Origin: Nitrosopumilaceae archaeon
GTDB taxonomy: Archaea > Thermoproteota > Nitrososphaeria > Nitrososphaerales > Nitrosopumilaceae
NCBI GenBank assembly: GCA_965203465.1
Contig: CBDBCR010000003.1
Span: forward strand, 352,001 to 416,000
DNA length: 64,000 bases
Reading direction: 5' to 3'
Shown here in pieces: positions 28,720 to 38,743 of this stretch. The number at the start of each line of letters is the position of its first letter. Within the stretch, counting starts at the first letter, position 1. The translations under genes and the position numbers were made by a program. The notes below the pieces were generated by a model, which was given only the letters and a program-made list of their open reading frames with translations, was not told the origin of the DNA and ran no database searches.

Positions 28720-29220
28720 TCAGTTCGGGAGCCTGGCTTTTATCTGGGACACTTCTTTTTCGAGTTTCATGAGCCTGGAATCGATCATCTCTGCGAGCGA
28801 CGACGGGAGGCCCCTTATCTCGGCGATGGTCTGATCCTGCTTGCCGAGCATCTGATCCTGCTTGCCGAGCATCTGATCCTGCTTTTCCATCAGCATGGCC
28901 ATATACGCGGCGCCCGTTCCAAACCCCTCGGCCATTTCTTGGAGTTGGTCGCCGAGAATTATCTCGAATTTTTTAAACCCCTTCGCCTCAGAGTACTCTA
29001 CGCTCACGTCTTCAGCCACGACCGGCGGCTTCATGGAGCGTATGCCGTCAAGCAGCGCGTCTATGTCGGCCTGGGCTCCCTCGCACGCAATCTCCACCGT
29101 GCCGTCGTCCAAGTTTTTGACGTGCCCCGCCAAGTGCAACCTGACGGCAAGCGCCCTGACGTGGTAGCGGAACCCCACGCCCTGCACCAAGCCGGTTACC
29201 GCGATCTCGGCGTGCTTCAT
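28720..29220 (-). CDS. Acylphosphatase with C-terminal coiled coil
   Basis: GLVQGVGFR, GHVKNLDDGTVE; KQDQMLG heptads. Confidence 0.88.
   Translation of the reverse strand: MKHAEIAVTGLVQGVGFRYHVRALAVRLHLAGHVKNLDDGTVEIACEGAQADIDALLDGIRSMKPPVVAEDVSVEYSEAKGFKKFEIILGDQLQEMAEGFGTGAAYMAMLMEKQDQMLGKQDQMLGKQDQTIAEIRGLPSSLAEMIDSRLMKLEKEVSQIKARLPN
28830..28884. repeat. 21-bp tandem repeat (TCTGATCCTGCTTGCCGAGCA, about 2.6 copies)
   Basis: Exact copies at 28830 and 28851, partial copy at 28872. Confidence 0.9.
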
Positions 29221-29321
29221 GGCGGAGGGCGCGCCCCTGCTCACTTATATTTTCTAGCTCCGGTCTTGAGGCCGTCCGCCTCTGCACACTCGACACGACG
29301 ATGCGCCTTGCGTGGATCCGC

Positions 29322-30230
29322 CTAGTCCGGGCCGAGCCTGCCGGGCAGGTCCAGCACCGATCCGAGCACCATCTCGGCGCCGGCCACTTCGAACATGGCC
29401 CGCCTCCCCTGCGGATCCGGCGTCGAATCTACCACGCCGCAAAACGAGATCCTGCGCCCCGAAGACGATGCGGCCCTCGACATCATGAGGTCCTCCATGG
29501 AGTCGCCCACGTACAGGCAGTTGCGCGATCCCATGGATTCGGCGGCCCGGATCAGCGGGGCCGGGTTCGGCTTTGCGAGCTCGCGCGGCTCGTCCTCCAG
29601 AAACGCAGAGCTGTCGAGGTCGAACGAGGCGAGCATCGGCCCCAGCGAGTGCCGTATCGATTCGAGCCCCCTGCCGGTAACTATGGCCATGCGCCGCCCG
29701 AACGCGCCGCGCAGCCAGTCGAGCAGCTCGCCGGACAGTATCAGCCTGTCGTTTTCTATCATGCCGGGCCCCTCGAAGGCGGACTCTTTTCCGAACATCC
29801 GGCGGTACAGGTCCGGGCCGTAAAAGATCTGGTCGAACACCGAGTACACCGGGTTGGCGCGCCTGTCGCCCAGCTCGCCCAGCCTCGAGACCAGATCGCC
29901 CATCCCGGCCACGCCGCGCAGGCGCTCCAGCACGGATTCTATGCCGGTCCGGTCGGCCGCGTCCGCCGTCTCGAGCAGCACGGCGCGCGCGTCCCTGCCC
30001 TCGGCGTGCGCCGCGTAGCAGCACAGCACGCACGCGTACGTCAGGTCCACCTCGTCGTTGAACCCCCCGCACGCCTTGAACCGGTCTATCACCTGCTTGT
30101 CTATGCGGGCCGATTCGACCCCCGCGTGCTCGCGCAGCACGTGCCTGCACGCAAGGTCCACCACCGCGTCGTACGATTCGGAAATGTCCACCAGGACCCC
30201 GTCGCAGTCGAAGACGGCCGCGTCGTACAT
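29322..30230 (-). CDS. HAD-superfamily hydrolase (candidate histidinol-phosphatase)
   Basis: FDCDGVL, TGR, KP, VGDSMED motifs; lies at the end of the his operon. Confidence 0.85.
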   Translation of the reverse strand: MYDAAVFDCDGVLVDISESYDAVVDLACRHVLREHAGVESARIDKQVIDRFKACGGFNDEVDLTYACVLCCYAAHAEGRDARAVLLETADAADRTGIESVLERLRGVAGMGDLVSRLGELGDRRANPVYSVFDQIFYGPDLYRRMFGKESAFEGPGMIENDRLILSGELLDWLRGAFGRRMAIVTGRGLESIRHSLGPMLASFDLDSSAFLEDEPRELAKPNPAPLIRAAESMGSRNCLYVGDSMEDLMMSRAASSSGRRISFCGVVDSTPDPQGRRAMFEVAGAEMVLGSVLDLPGRLGPD

Positions 30231-30231
30231 G

Positions 30232-31293
30232 TCAGACCAGCAGATCCCGCACGGCCAGCAGAAACCGCGAGTTCATCTCGCGCGTGCCCACGCTCACGCG
30301 CATGCACCCCCGGCGCGAGCCGATCCTGCCCATCCGGCGCACCGATATGCCCTGCTCCAGCAGCGCCGCATATATGCGCGCGGCCGCGCCGCCCGCGTCG
30401 AAGAGCACGAAATTCCCCTGCGAGTCAAAGACCTCGAACGCGGGGTGGCGGCGCAGCTCGCGCACCATGCGGGCCCGCTCGGAGCGCACCTGCCTGGCCG
30501 CCTCCTCGGCCGGCCCCGGGTTCTCGACGGCGGCCAGCGCCGAGGCCAGCGAGAGCGACGATACGGGGTACGGGTACTGGATGACCCTCCGGAACACGCC
30601 TGCCAGCGCCGGCGGCGCGACCATGTACCCCACGCGCAGGCCCGCGAGGCCGTGCGACTTTGAGAGCGTGCCGGTGACCACCACGTTGTCCGACTTTGCG
30701 GCCAGCCGTACCGCCGACGGGCGGCCGAACATCGCGTAGGCCTCGTCTATGACGGCGAGCCCCCCGTACCCGTCCAGGAGCGACTCGATGCGGGCCGGCG
30801 GGAACTGGAACCCGGTCGGGTTGTTGGGCGAATCGAGGTACAGCATCTTGGAGCCGGCCATCTTCGAGCGGAGCAGATCCCCGTCGAGCGTCATGTCGTC
30901 CGAGAAGCGCACGCGCGCGAGCGGCACCCGGTGGAGCCTGCACCGCGCCTCGAAGAACGAAAACGCCGGATCGGGCATGACCAGGCGCGTCCTGGGGCCG
31001 GCAAAAAAGCCCAACATCATGTCGAGCAGTTGGTCCGAGCCGCTGCCCACGCAGACGCACCGCTCCGGCACGCGCAGTTTTTTGGCCAGCGCGCGCGCTA
31101 GCCTGTCCGTCCCCCCCGCCGGGTACGATCTTACGTCGACGGGCGTGGCAGCGCCGAGCGCCTCGTCCTGGTAGCCGCGCGGCACCGCGAAGTTCTCGTT
31201 CGAATCCATGCGCTGCCCGCCGGTGTCCTCCGGCTGCACGTACCCGTCCAGGGCCGCGTACCTTGCGAGGAGCGGCTCGAACCAGCGGCTCAC
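30232..31293 (-). CDS. hisC: Histidinol-phosphate aminotransferase
   Basis: DSNEN, GSGSD, SPNNPTG, IDEAY, TLSKSHGLAGLRVGY; GTGA overlap with hisD. Confidence 0.93.
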   Translation of the reverse strand: MSRWFEPLLARYAALDGYVQPEDTGGQRMDSNENFAVPRGYQDEALGAATPVDVRSYPAGGTDRLARALAKKLRVPERCVCVGSGSDQLLDMMLGFFAGPRTRLVMPDPAFSFFEARCRLHRVPLARVRFSDDMTLDGDLLRSKMAGSKMLYLDSPNNPTGFQFPPARIESLLDGYGGLAVIDEAYAMFGRPSAVRLAAKSDNVVVTGTLSKSHGLAGLRVGYMVAPPALAGVFRRVIQYPYPVSSLSLASALAAVENPGPAEEAARQVRSERARMVRELRRHPAFEVFDSQGNFVLFDAGGAAARIYAALLEQGISVRRMGRIGSRRGCMRVSVGTREMNSRFLLAVRDLLV

Positions 31294-32543
31294 CGCGGCC
31301 TCGCCCTCACGGCCGCCGCGTGTCCAGGCAGCCCCTCGGCGCCCGCGAGCGTGTCCAGATCCTTGCGTATGCGGCGCAGCGCCTCGCTGCCGGCCCGCAC
31401 GCGCGTGACCTGCTTTACAAAGTCGCGCGGCGAGAGCGGCCCCCTCGCGCGGGCCGTCCCCGAAGTGGGCAGTATGTGGTTGGAGCCGAGCAGGTAGTCG
31501 CTGGCGGCCGACGGGGTGCCGTCCAGCAGTATCAGGCCCGGGCCCGTCACGTCGTCCCAGTCGCCCTCGCCGAATATCTGCAGGTGCTCGGGGGCTATCT
31601 CGTTGGCCGCCCGGATCATCTGGCCCTTGTCGCGGCAGACGGCCACAAAGCTCGAAGAGAGGCCCTGCTCCACCTCCCGGCGGCGCTCTGCCGCGCCGGC
31701 GAGGTGCTCCACGCGCTCGCGCAAAAGCTTGGCCACGCTCTCCGAGGTGGTCAGCGCGAAGCAGAGCGTGCCGGGGCCGTGCTCCGCCTGCGATACGATG
31801 TCGAGCGCGGCGAATTCGGCGTCGTCCCTGGAGGTCAGTATCACCCCCAGCTCGGTCGGGCCGGCGGTCATGTCCGTCTCCACGTCGCCCGAGACCAGCC
31901 GCTTGGCCGCGGCCACGTACGGGCCCCCCGGCCCGACCACCTTTGCCACGCGGCGTATCGTCTCGGTCCCGTACGCCAGGGCCGCCACTGCCTGCGCGCC
32001 GCCGGCCCTGTAGATCTCTGTGGCCCCGCACGCGTCGGCGGCCACCACCGTGAGCGGGTCGATGTCGCCGGACGGGCCCGGCGGCGAGACCACCGCTATC
32101 CGGCCCACCTCGGCAGCCGCAGCGGCGGTCACGGACATGACCGCCGAGCTCGGGTACCGCGCGAGGCCGCCGGGCACGTAGCAGCCGGCGCTCTCGACCG
32201 GCTCGTACCGCTTTACCACCCTGCAGCCGGCCGCCGGATCGAAGCCGTCTTCCAGGTCGGGGCCGAAGCGCCCCTCGGCGCGCTCCAGGCGCGTCTGGGC
32301 GCTTTCTATGGCACGCACCTGATCCCGGTCCACGTATTCGTATGCCTCCTCGACCTCCTTTCCGGACATTTTCAGGGGCTTGGCCCCGCCCCCGAACCGG
32401 CGCTCGTGCTCGAGCAGCGCCTCGTCGCCCCGCGCGCGCACGTCCTGGATTATCTTGGCCGCCTCGCGCATCGCCTCCTCGCCGGGCCCCCTGCGTATGC
32501 CTTCCATCATCTTTGCCGGATCGCCGGTGCGCAGCACCCTCAT
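31290..32543 (-). CDS. hisD: Histidinol dehydrogenase
   Basis: GCYVPGG, GGAQAVAALAYGT, AGPTE, SQAEH, APEHL, GSNHILPT; ATGA overlap with hisG. Confidence 0.95.
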   Translation of the reverse strand: MRVLRTGDPAKMMEGIRRGPGEEAMREAAKIIQDVRARGDEALLEHERRFGGGAKPLKMSGKEVEEAYEYVDRDQVRAIESAQTRLERAEGRFGPDLEDGFDPAAGCRVVKRYEPVESAGCYVPGGLARYPSSAVMSVTAAAAAEVGRIAVVSPPGPSGDIDPLTVVAADACGATEIYRAGGAQAVAALAYGTETIRRVAKVVGPGGPYVAAAKRLVSGDVETDMTAGPTELGVILTSRDDAEFAALDIVSQAEHGPGTLCFALTTSESVAKLLRERVEHLAGAAERRREVEQGLSSSFVAVCRDKGQMIRAANEIAPEHLQIFGEGDWDDVTGPGLILLDGTPSAASDYLLGSNHILPTSGTARARGPLSPRDFVKQVTRVRAGSEALRRIRKDLDTLAGAEGLPGHAAAVRARPR

Positions 32544-33514
32544 CCCTCCTCGTCCCTCTTTACCTCTTCGAGCTCGAGTATCTGGCGCGGCTCGTGCACC
32601 ACTATGCCCTGGGCCGTGCGGCGCAGGCGCGGCACCATCTTGTGAAAGTCGGACTTGCGCACCACCGTGTTGACCCCGTACCAGCCCTTCTGGCTCAGGG
32701 GGCTGACCGTCGGGCGCTTGAGCGACGGCACCTCGGAGAGCAGTTTTTCCAGGTTGGCCTCCTTTACGTTTACGTACACGTGCAGGTACTTTCTGCCCTC
32801 CACGGCGCCGCGCATCAGCGTCACGATGTCGTAGAGTTTGGCGCGCTTTTCGGGATCGGCCAGCGAGGACTTGTTGGCCACCAGCCGCGCGCTCGATTCG
32901 AGCAGCTGCTCGGATATGCGCAGGCCGTTCTGGCGCAGCGTCGTGCCCGTCTCGGTCACGTCTATTATGGCGTCGACGTCCTCGGGGGGCTTTGCCTCGG
33001 TGGCGCCGAACGAGAGCACGACGTGGATCATCTCGTTGGAGCCGACGCGCACCCAGGGCGTGACTATGAGCGGGCTCTTTTTGCCGAACCTCTTGCGGTA
33101 CGAGGGGAGCGACTTTATGTACGCAGACGCGGTGGTCAGGTACTCTGACGATACGCGCAGGATCTTTTTGCGGCGCGCATAGTCGGAGACCATGGAATCG
33201 AGATTCTTGTAGCGCGCCCCGTCCGGCATGGCGGCCACCAGCCGTATGCGGCCGTACTCCAAGTCCAGCAGAACTTCGACGTCCGCGCGCGACTCGCCCA
33301 CCCAGTCGCTGCCAGTTATGCCCGCGTCGTACAGGCCCTCGGCCACGAGCGTGGGTATCTCCTGCGGGCGCAGCATCTTTACGACGATGTCGGGATCGTC
33401 GAGGTACACCCTGTATGTACGGTCCTTGCGGCGCACGCGGGTCCACGACCTTTCCAGGAGACTGAACGTGGCCTCTTCGAGGCTGCCCTTGGGTATAGCA
33501 AGCCGCACCGGCAC
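32540..33514 (-). CDS. hisG: ATP phosphoribosyltransferase (long form)
   Basis: LAIPKGSL, RPQEIP, DAGITG, GATE, ETGTTLRQNGL. Confidence 0.96.
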   Translation of the reverse strand: MPVRLAIPKGSLEEATFSLLERSWTRVRRKDRTYRVYLDDPDIVVKMLRPQEIPTLVAEGLYDAGITGSDWVGESRADVEVLLDLEYGRIRLVAAMPDGARYKNLDSMVSDYARRKKILRVSSEYLTTASAYIKSLPSYRKRFGKKSPLIVTPWVRVGSNEMIHVVLSFGATEAKPPEDVDAIIDVTETGTTLRQNGLRISEQLLESSARLVANKSSLADPEKRAKLYDIVTLMRGAVEGRKYLHVYVNVKEANLEKLLSEVPSLKRPTVSPLSQKGWYGVNTVVRKSDFHKMVPRLRRTAQGIVVHEPRQILELEEVKRDEEG

Positions 33515-33752
33515 GGCGCGCCGCGGCGGGCCGTCCTATAATATCCATCGGCCAGGGATCACGTATGCACTCACCCCTCTCCCCCGGCCCGTAGGCACGA
33601 AACGCCCAGTCTGGCGTACTGCGGGGGCGGGGGAACCCATGGTTGGACACCCGCCGGCCTGTAGTAACGGCGCGCGCCCGTCCGGGCCGCCCCGACCGGG
33701 GCCTGTCCGCCCTCCGGCCGTCAACGCAGAATGAACAAAAAGTCAACAAAAA

Positions 33753-34077
33753 TTGATCGAGACCTTTAGATCCGGGGTCTTTCGGGCCGCGCCCATGGCG
33801 TCCGAAGCTGTGCCGCTGCGCGGAGAACTGGTCGCTGCCCACATCACGATCTTCGACCGGGACAACCAGATCGTGGTACTGGAGGAGCAGGTGGCCTCGG
33901 AGAGGGCAGAGAAGTACAAGGCCAGGCTGGCCCAGTACGAGGGCCCCAACGCCCCGTCGTCAACAAAGTCGCAGTTCGACCACAGGCGCAACAAGTACCG
34001 CAAAAAGCACGGGGCGCGCGGAAGCGACGTGTCCGGCTCGGACAGGCCGGTGCGGCCGGACGGCGAGGGCCGCAAGA
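33753..34077 (+). mobile_element. IS66-like transposase N-terminal remnant
   Basis: Coiled coil followed by LAQYEGPNAPSS and a basic stretch, typical of IS66 TnpC N-termini; no catalytic core follows. Confidence 0.5.
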
Positions 34078-34201
34078 GGCCGGTCTCGCGCGTAAAGTGG
34101 TTCTCAAAGCAGAGATCCGGGGTCAGATCCAGTATCGACTTCCCCGAGACTCCGGGTTTGCCTTCCGGTGCGCGGGAGCGAGCACCCGGGCCGAGTGCCA
34201 T
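34078..34201 (-). pseudogene. Truncated paralogue of the 34287-34610 gene
   Basis: MALGPGARSRAPEGKPGVSGKSILDLTPDLCFENHFTRETG aligns without gaps to the neighbour's first 41 aa, then similarity ends at the IS remnant. Confidence 0.75.
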
Positions 34202-34286
34202 GTCCGGGCAACGGCGCGCAATAACGGTAGCGAGATCGCCTGCCCGGGAAAAGGCTCCGGCAACATGGGATCGGCGGCGTTCCGGA

Positions 34287-34610
34287 TCAAGCACGGGTAG
34301 CAGATTCGTCGCCCTGCGGGGAGTCAAGATGCTCTGCCAGCTTGTAGAGCGGCTTGCTGTGTATGTCTTGCCCGACTTGGACGAGCCTGCCCGTCCTGAC
34401 GTACTCGTCAAAGCCGCGCCTGGCCTTTATGATCTCGTCGCTCCACATCCACGTCTGGACGTGCTCTATGACCTCGTAGCGCGTCACGCCGGTCTCGCGC
34501 GTAAAGGGGTTCTCAAAGCAGAGCTCCAATGTCAGATCCAGTATCGATGTACCCAAGGCTCCGGTCTCGCCTGCCTGCGCGCGGGAACGCGTATCAGACT
34601 CAAGCGCCAT
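34287..34610 (-). CDS. Small hypothetical protein, wHTH-like
   Basis: TTTATT about 24 nt upstream of the ATG; helix-helix-wing pattern (YVRTGRLVQVG...LYKL). Confidence 0.65.
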   Translation of the reverse strand: MALESDTRSRAQAGETGALGTSILDLTLELCFENPFTRETGVTRYEVIEHVQTWMWSDEIIKARRGFDEYVRTGRLVQVGQDIHSKPLYKLAEHLDSPQGDESATRA

Positions 34611-34927
34611 GCACTGGCAACGCCACGGGACGTAATAAATGTCACTTTTCGTGTTCTAAACGATTTGCTGCGGGCAAGAGGAGTCGCCCCGTCTTGTTCG
34701 GATTCTGGTCAGTGCACATACGCTCTCGGAATCAATCGGGGGGTTTAGGTTCGTGCGTGGCCGTGCGCTCTTCAGGGAGACGATCGTAGGCACATGCAGC
34801 ATAGCGGCAGGCTAAATTTTGCAGTTCTTGCCACTTGATGCTAGTGCAGAAATGCCGCTACTCGTGAGCGTTGAGATCAGCCAATCGTCGCCCGCGCCGC
34901 GCGTTGCGTCTTGATCTGCGGCTTGGC

Positions 34928-35596
34928 TCATTCTCTCCACAGATCGCGCGCCCCCATCTCATGTTCGTTCGGGTAGTACGCCTTCATACTACGAGGGACG
35001 GGCACCGGTTCTGCCACCCGCAACCTCATTTCCAGCTGCCGGAGTCCGCCAAGAAACAGCCCTTGGCCATACCGCAGCGACTTGTGTAGTTTTCTTGCAT
35101 AAGGCGTGGCTTGCAGAACCTCCAGGGGTAGATCACGCGAGTCCAGTTCTATGCGTACGACTCCATCGTTCTTCATGTATTTGTGGCCTGGATTGAACGT
35201 GAACGAGAGCGAGCATTCCTCCCGCTGCGCCCGGGTTCCATGATCGGGTGCGCCTCCGTATGCCCCCTCTCGGTGGAAGGTGCGACGGCGTTTTAGCACT
35301 TCAAACTCACGCAAAGACACGGCCCGGTACACCCTGGCGTTCGACGAGTGGAGGCGCTCCATCGACGCGTTGTATCCTACAGATAGGGCTGCGCGCGCTT
35401 CCCACCCGCGCCGCACGGCCCAAGGGGCGCTTTTTACGTACTCGTCCGTAAGCGCGTCCACCTGACTGATCATGGCACCGACGCGCTCCGCTGGCATGTC
35501 TTCGTAATCTAGAATCAGACGGGTCGGTATGATGTCGATCCGCTTCAGGAAGTCGATCGCGTCCCGGTCTTCCGGGAAGGATCGCTCCCGTTCCAC
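34928..35596 (-). CDS. Hypothetical protein, candidate R-S-E ADP-ribosyltransferase fold
   Basis: VYRAVS...SLSFT...QLEMRL in the order and spacing of ART motifs. Confidence 0.55.
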   Translation of the reverse strand: MERERSFPEDRDAIDFLKRIDIIPTRLILDYEDMPAERVGAMISQVDALTDEYVKSAPWAVRRGWEARAALSVGYNASMERLHSSNARVYRAVSLREFEVLKRRRTFHREGAYGGAPDHGTRAQREECSLSFTFNPGHKYMKNDGVVRIELDSRDLPLEVLQATPYARKLHKSLRYGQGLFLGGLRQLEMRLRVAEPVPVPRSMKAYYPNEHEMGARDLWRE

Positions 35597-36132
35597 GTGC
35601 CCGCATATGCGCGCTATCTCCCCGCGCCACGGCGCGGCGCCCGTCGAGTCCAGCGCGCCGGCGCCCGGCCGCGCCGAATATCAAGATACGGCGGGGCGCC
35701 CGTTTTATCCGGCGCCGCCTTGGCGCGCGTGCGACGCTACACGGCGCTGGCCCGGCTGCTCGGGCTCCTCATGCGCACCGCGGCCCTCAGGCGCGTGCAG
35801 TCGCGCATAGAAGCTGCCTCGAAGAGCCAGATACTGCGGGCCGGCAGGGCGGCCAACCCGCGCCCGGTCGGTTCCAGCAGCGTCTCGTGGGCGCTGGCCG
35901 CGATCAATAAGCACGGCGGTTGGAAAAAATTGGCCGTTTGTCGGGAAAAACCGATCTGCGCGGCCCCCCTGCGGGCGCCAGGCCTCAGATGCGACAGAAT
36001 CCGCCATTCTGGTAAATTATGCAACCCCCGGGCGCCCGTCGATCGGGCCGTCGGCGGGCGCCCCGCGTGCCGGCCCCCGCACGGAAAAGGGGCGCCGCTC
36101 GGTATAAAAAAAGCCGCGCCCGGCCGCGCCGC

Positions 36133-37815
36133 GTGGAGCCGGAGATCGAGGCCAAAATACGCGGCATCGCGGCGGCCAACGCGGCCGAGCACGGCGGGCG
36201 CACGACCGAAAAGGTGGTTCTCGCAAAGGCGCTCGGCGCCGTGGCCGAGCTGCGGCCCCGGGCGAGGGAGATCGGGCCCGACATCGCCCGCATCGTATCG
36301 GAGGTCAACGCAATGAGCCCGGAGCGGCAGAGGGCAGAGGGGGGCGAAAAAAAGGCCAAGGCGCGCGCCGGGCGCGGGTTTTTGCCGCCGCTCGAGGGCG
36401 CGACAGACGGCGTCGTGACGCGCTTTCCGCCCGAGCCGAGCGGCTACCCCCACATCGGCCACGCCAAGGCGGCCATCATAAACGACGGGTACGCGAGGAT
36501 GTACGGCGGCAGGATGATACTGCGCATGGACGACACCAACCCCGAGGCCGAGCGGCTCGAGTACTACGCTGCCATAAAGGTGGGCCTGGAGTGGCTCGGG
36601 ATAAAGCCGGACGCGGTAAAAAACACGTCCGACGACATCGAGACGATACACGGAAAGTGCGCGCAGCTGATAGAGGCCGGCAGGGCGTACGTCTGCACGT
36701 GCAAGCGCGACAAGGTCAGCAGGGACAGGGCCGAGGGGCGCAACTGCAAGTGCAGGGCCCGCGCGCGCGAGGACGCCATGGAAAGGTGGGACAGGATGTT
36801 CGGCAGGTTCAAGCCCGGCGAGGCCGCCGTCAGGTTCGCAGGCGACATGTCCTCGGAGAACACGGCCATGAGGGATCCTGCCATCATGCGCGTGGTCGAG
36901 GCGCAGCACCCGCTGCTCGGCGACCGGCACCGGGTCTGGCCCGGCTACGACCTGGCCGTAGCCGTCGAGGACAGCCTCGACGGGGTCACGCACGCGCTCA
37001 GATCCAAGGAATACGAGCTGCGCGACGAGCTGTACCGCGCGATACTCGGCGCGCTCGGCATGCGGGCGCCGCGGATAGGCGCCTTTTCGCGCCTGGCCTT
37101 CAGCGACATGCCCGTATCCAAGAGGCTGATAGGCCCCCTGGTCGAGTCCGGAAAGATACCCTGGTACGACGATCCGCGGCTGCCCACCATAGAGGGCATG
37201 AGGAGGAGGGGCGTGGCGCCCGGCGCGGTCAGGGAGTTCGTAGAGTCGCTCGGCTTTACAAAGTCGGACACGCACGCCCCCTTCGAGGCGCTCGAGGCGT
37301 TCAACCGCCGCGCCATCGACGGCAAGAGCGCGCGGCTGCAGGCCGTCTTCGAGGCGCGCGAGGCGCGCGTGGAGGGCCTGCCGCCCAGCCTCGAGGTGCA
37401 GAACCATCCGGGCGGCGGCATGGGGCGGCGCGAGGTCGCGCTTTCCGAAGAGGTGCTGCTCGAAAAGTCAGAGTGCGCCGGCCTGGAGCCGGGCGCGAGG
37501 GCGCGCCTGATGGGCCTGGGCGACGTCGAGGTGACCGGCGCCGGGCGCGCGCTCGAGGCGCGGTACCTCGGCGGGCAGGAGCCGGATATACCGAAGCTTA
37601 GGTGGGTGCCCGCCCGGGGCGCGGTGCAGCTGAAGATAATCGTGCCCGGCCCGCTCTTCGAGGGCGGGCAGTACAGCGAAGAGAGCCTGTCGGAGAGGTC
37701 GGCCTGGACCGAGCCGCACTACCGGCAGATGGCAGACGGCGACCACATACAGTTCGTCAGGTACGGGTACTGCCGCAAGGATTCGCAGATGCAGGCGGTG
37801 TTCACCCACAAATGA
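36133..37815 (+). CDS. gltX: Glutamate-tRNA ligase (archaeal type)
   Basis: RFPPEPSGYPHIGHAKA, DDTNP, VSKR, DDPRLPT; TATAAA at 36103 supports GTG 36133. Confidence 0.96.
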   Translation: MEPEIEAKIRGIAAANAAEHGGRTTEKVVLAKALGAVAELRPRAREIGPDIARIVSEVNAMSPERQRAEGGEKKAKARAGRGFLPPLEGATDGVVTRFPPEPSGYPHIGHAKAAIINDGYARMYGGRMILRMDDTNPEAERLEYYAAIKVGLEWLGIKPDAVKNTSDDIETIHGKCAQLIEAGRAYVCTCKRDKVSRDRAEGRNCKCRARAREDAMERWDRMFGRFKPGEAAVRFAGDMSSENTAMRDPAIMRVVEAQHPLLGDRHRVWPGYDLAVAVEDSLDGVTHALRSKEYELRDELYRAILGALGMRAPRIGAFSRLAFSDMPVSKRLIGPLVESGKIPWYDDPRLPTIEGMRRRGVAPGAVREFVESLGFTKSDTHAPFEALEAFNRRAIDGKSARLQAVFEAREARVEGLPPSLEVQNHPGGGMGRREVALSEEVLLEKSECAGLEPGARARLMGLGDVEVTGAGRALEARYLGGQEPDIPKLRWVPARGAVQLKIIVPGPLFEGGQYSEESLSERSAWTEPHYRQMADGDHIQFVRYGYCRKDSQMQAVFTHK

Positions 37816-37846
37816 CTTTTTAACCCCGTGCCGGCGCGGCGCCGGC

Positions 37847-38719
37847 GTGAAGATAGCCAGGTTCATGGACGGGGATAAGGAGACGTACGGCCTTGTCAGC
37901 GGCGGCATGGCGGCCGCGCGCGAGGACATGGTCTACGAGACCGGCATACCCTTCCCGGAGAGCGTCAAGGAGTTCATGTTCGACGGCTGGCTGCAAGAGT
38001 CGGCCTCCAAGATAGGCTCGCTGGAGTACGGCCGCGCCGTTTCGGATCTGAGGATGCTCTGCCCCATACCCAACCCGCCCAAGATAATATGCCTGGCCTT
38101 CAACTATACTGACCACGCCCGCGAGCAGAACCTGACCCCGCCGGAGGATCCCGCGCTGGTGATGAAGCCGCGCACCGCCCTGTCGGGCACCGGCTCGGAC
38201 ATACTGTACCCAGAGTTCGTCTCAAAGCTGGACTACGAGATAGAGATGGCCCTGGTTATGGGAAAGACCGGCAGGGACATACCGGAGGGCGAGGCCATGG
38301 GGTACGTCTTCGGATACATGGTCTTCAACGACGTCTCGGCCAGGGACATACAGGCCGCCGACAAGCAGTTCACCAGGGCCAAGGGCTTCGACACGTTCGC
38401 CCCGTGCGGCCCGTGGATAACCACGCGCGACGAGATCCCCGATCCCCACGACCTGAGGCTCACCACGAGGGTCAACGGCGAGGTGCGGCAGGATTCGACC
38501 ACCTGCAACATGCACATAAAGATACCAGAGATCATCTCCAAGATAAGCAGGTGCATGACGGTCGAAAAGGGCGACATCATATCGACCGGCACGCCGGCCG
38601 GCGCCATGCTCAACAAGCCCGGCGCCGTGTTCCTCTCCGACGGCGACCGGATAGAGATGGAGATCGAGGGGCTGGGCAGCATCTGCAACACGGTGCGCGC
38701 GCGGCCGCAACGGTTTTAG
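37847..38719 (+). CDS. Fumarylacetoacetate hydrolase family protein
   Basis: KIICLAFNY-DH, DYEIE, NDVSARD, KGFDTF-P-GP, TGTPAG. Confidence 0.93.
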   Translation: MKIARFMDGDKETYGLVSGGMAAAREDMVYETGIPFPESVKEFMFDGWLQESASKIGSLEYGRAVSDLRMLCPIPNPPKIICLAFNYTDHAREQNLTPPEDPALVMKPRTALSGTGSDILYPEFVSKLDYEIEMALVMGKTGRDIPEGEAMGYVFGYMVFNDVSARDIQAADKQFTRAKGFDTFAPCGPWITTRDEIPDPHDLRLTTRVNGEVRQDSTTCNMHIKIPEIISKISRCMTVEKGDIISTGTPAGAMLNKPGAVFLSDGDRIEMEIEGLGSICNTVRARPQRF

Positions 38720-38743
38720 CGGGGCCGGCCGGCGGCCCGGGCG

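Noticed and set aside
33753-34748. 331-aa + strand ORF as a complete transposase
   Set aside because: Only the first third is transposase-like; the rest is antisense to the duplicated - strand genes.
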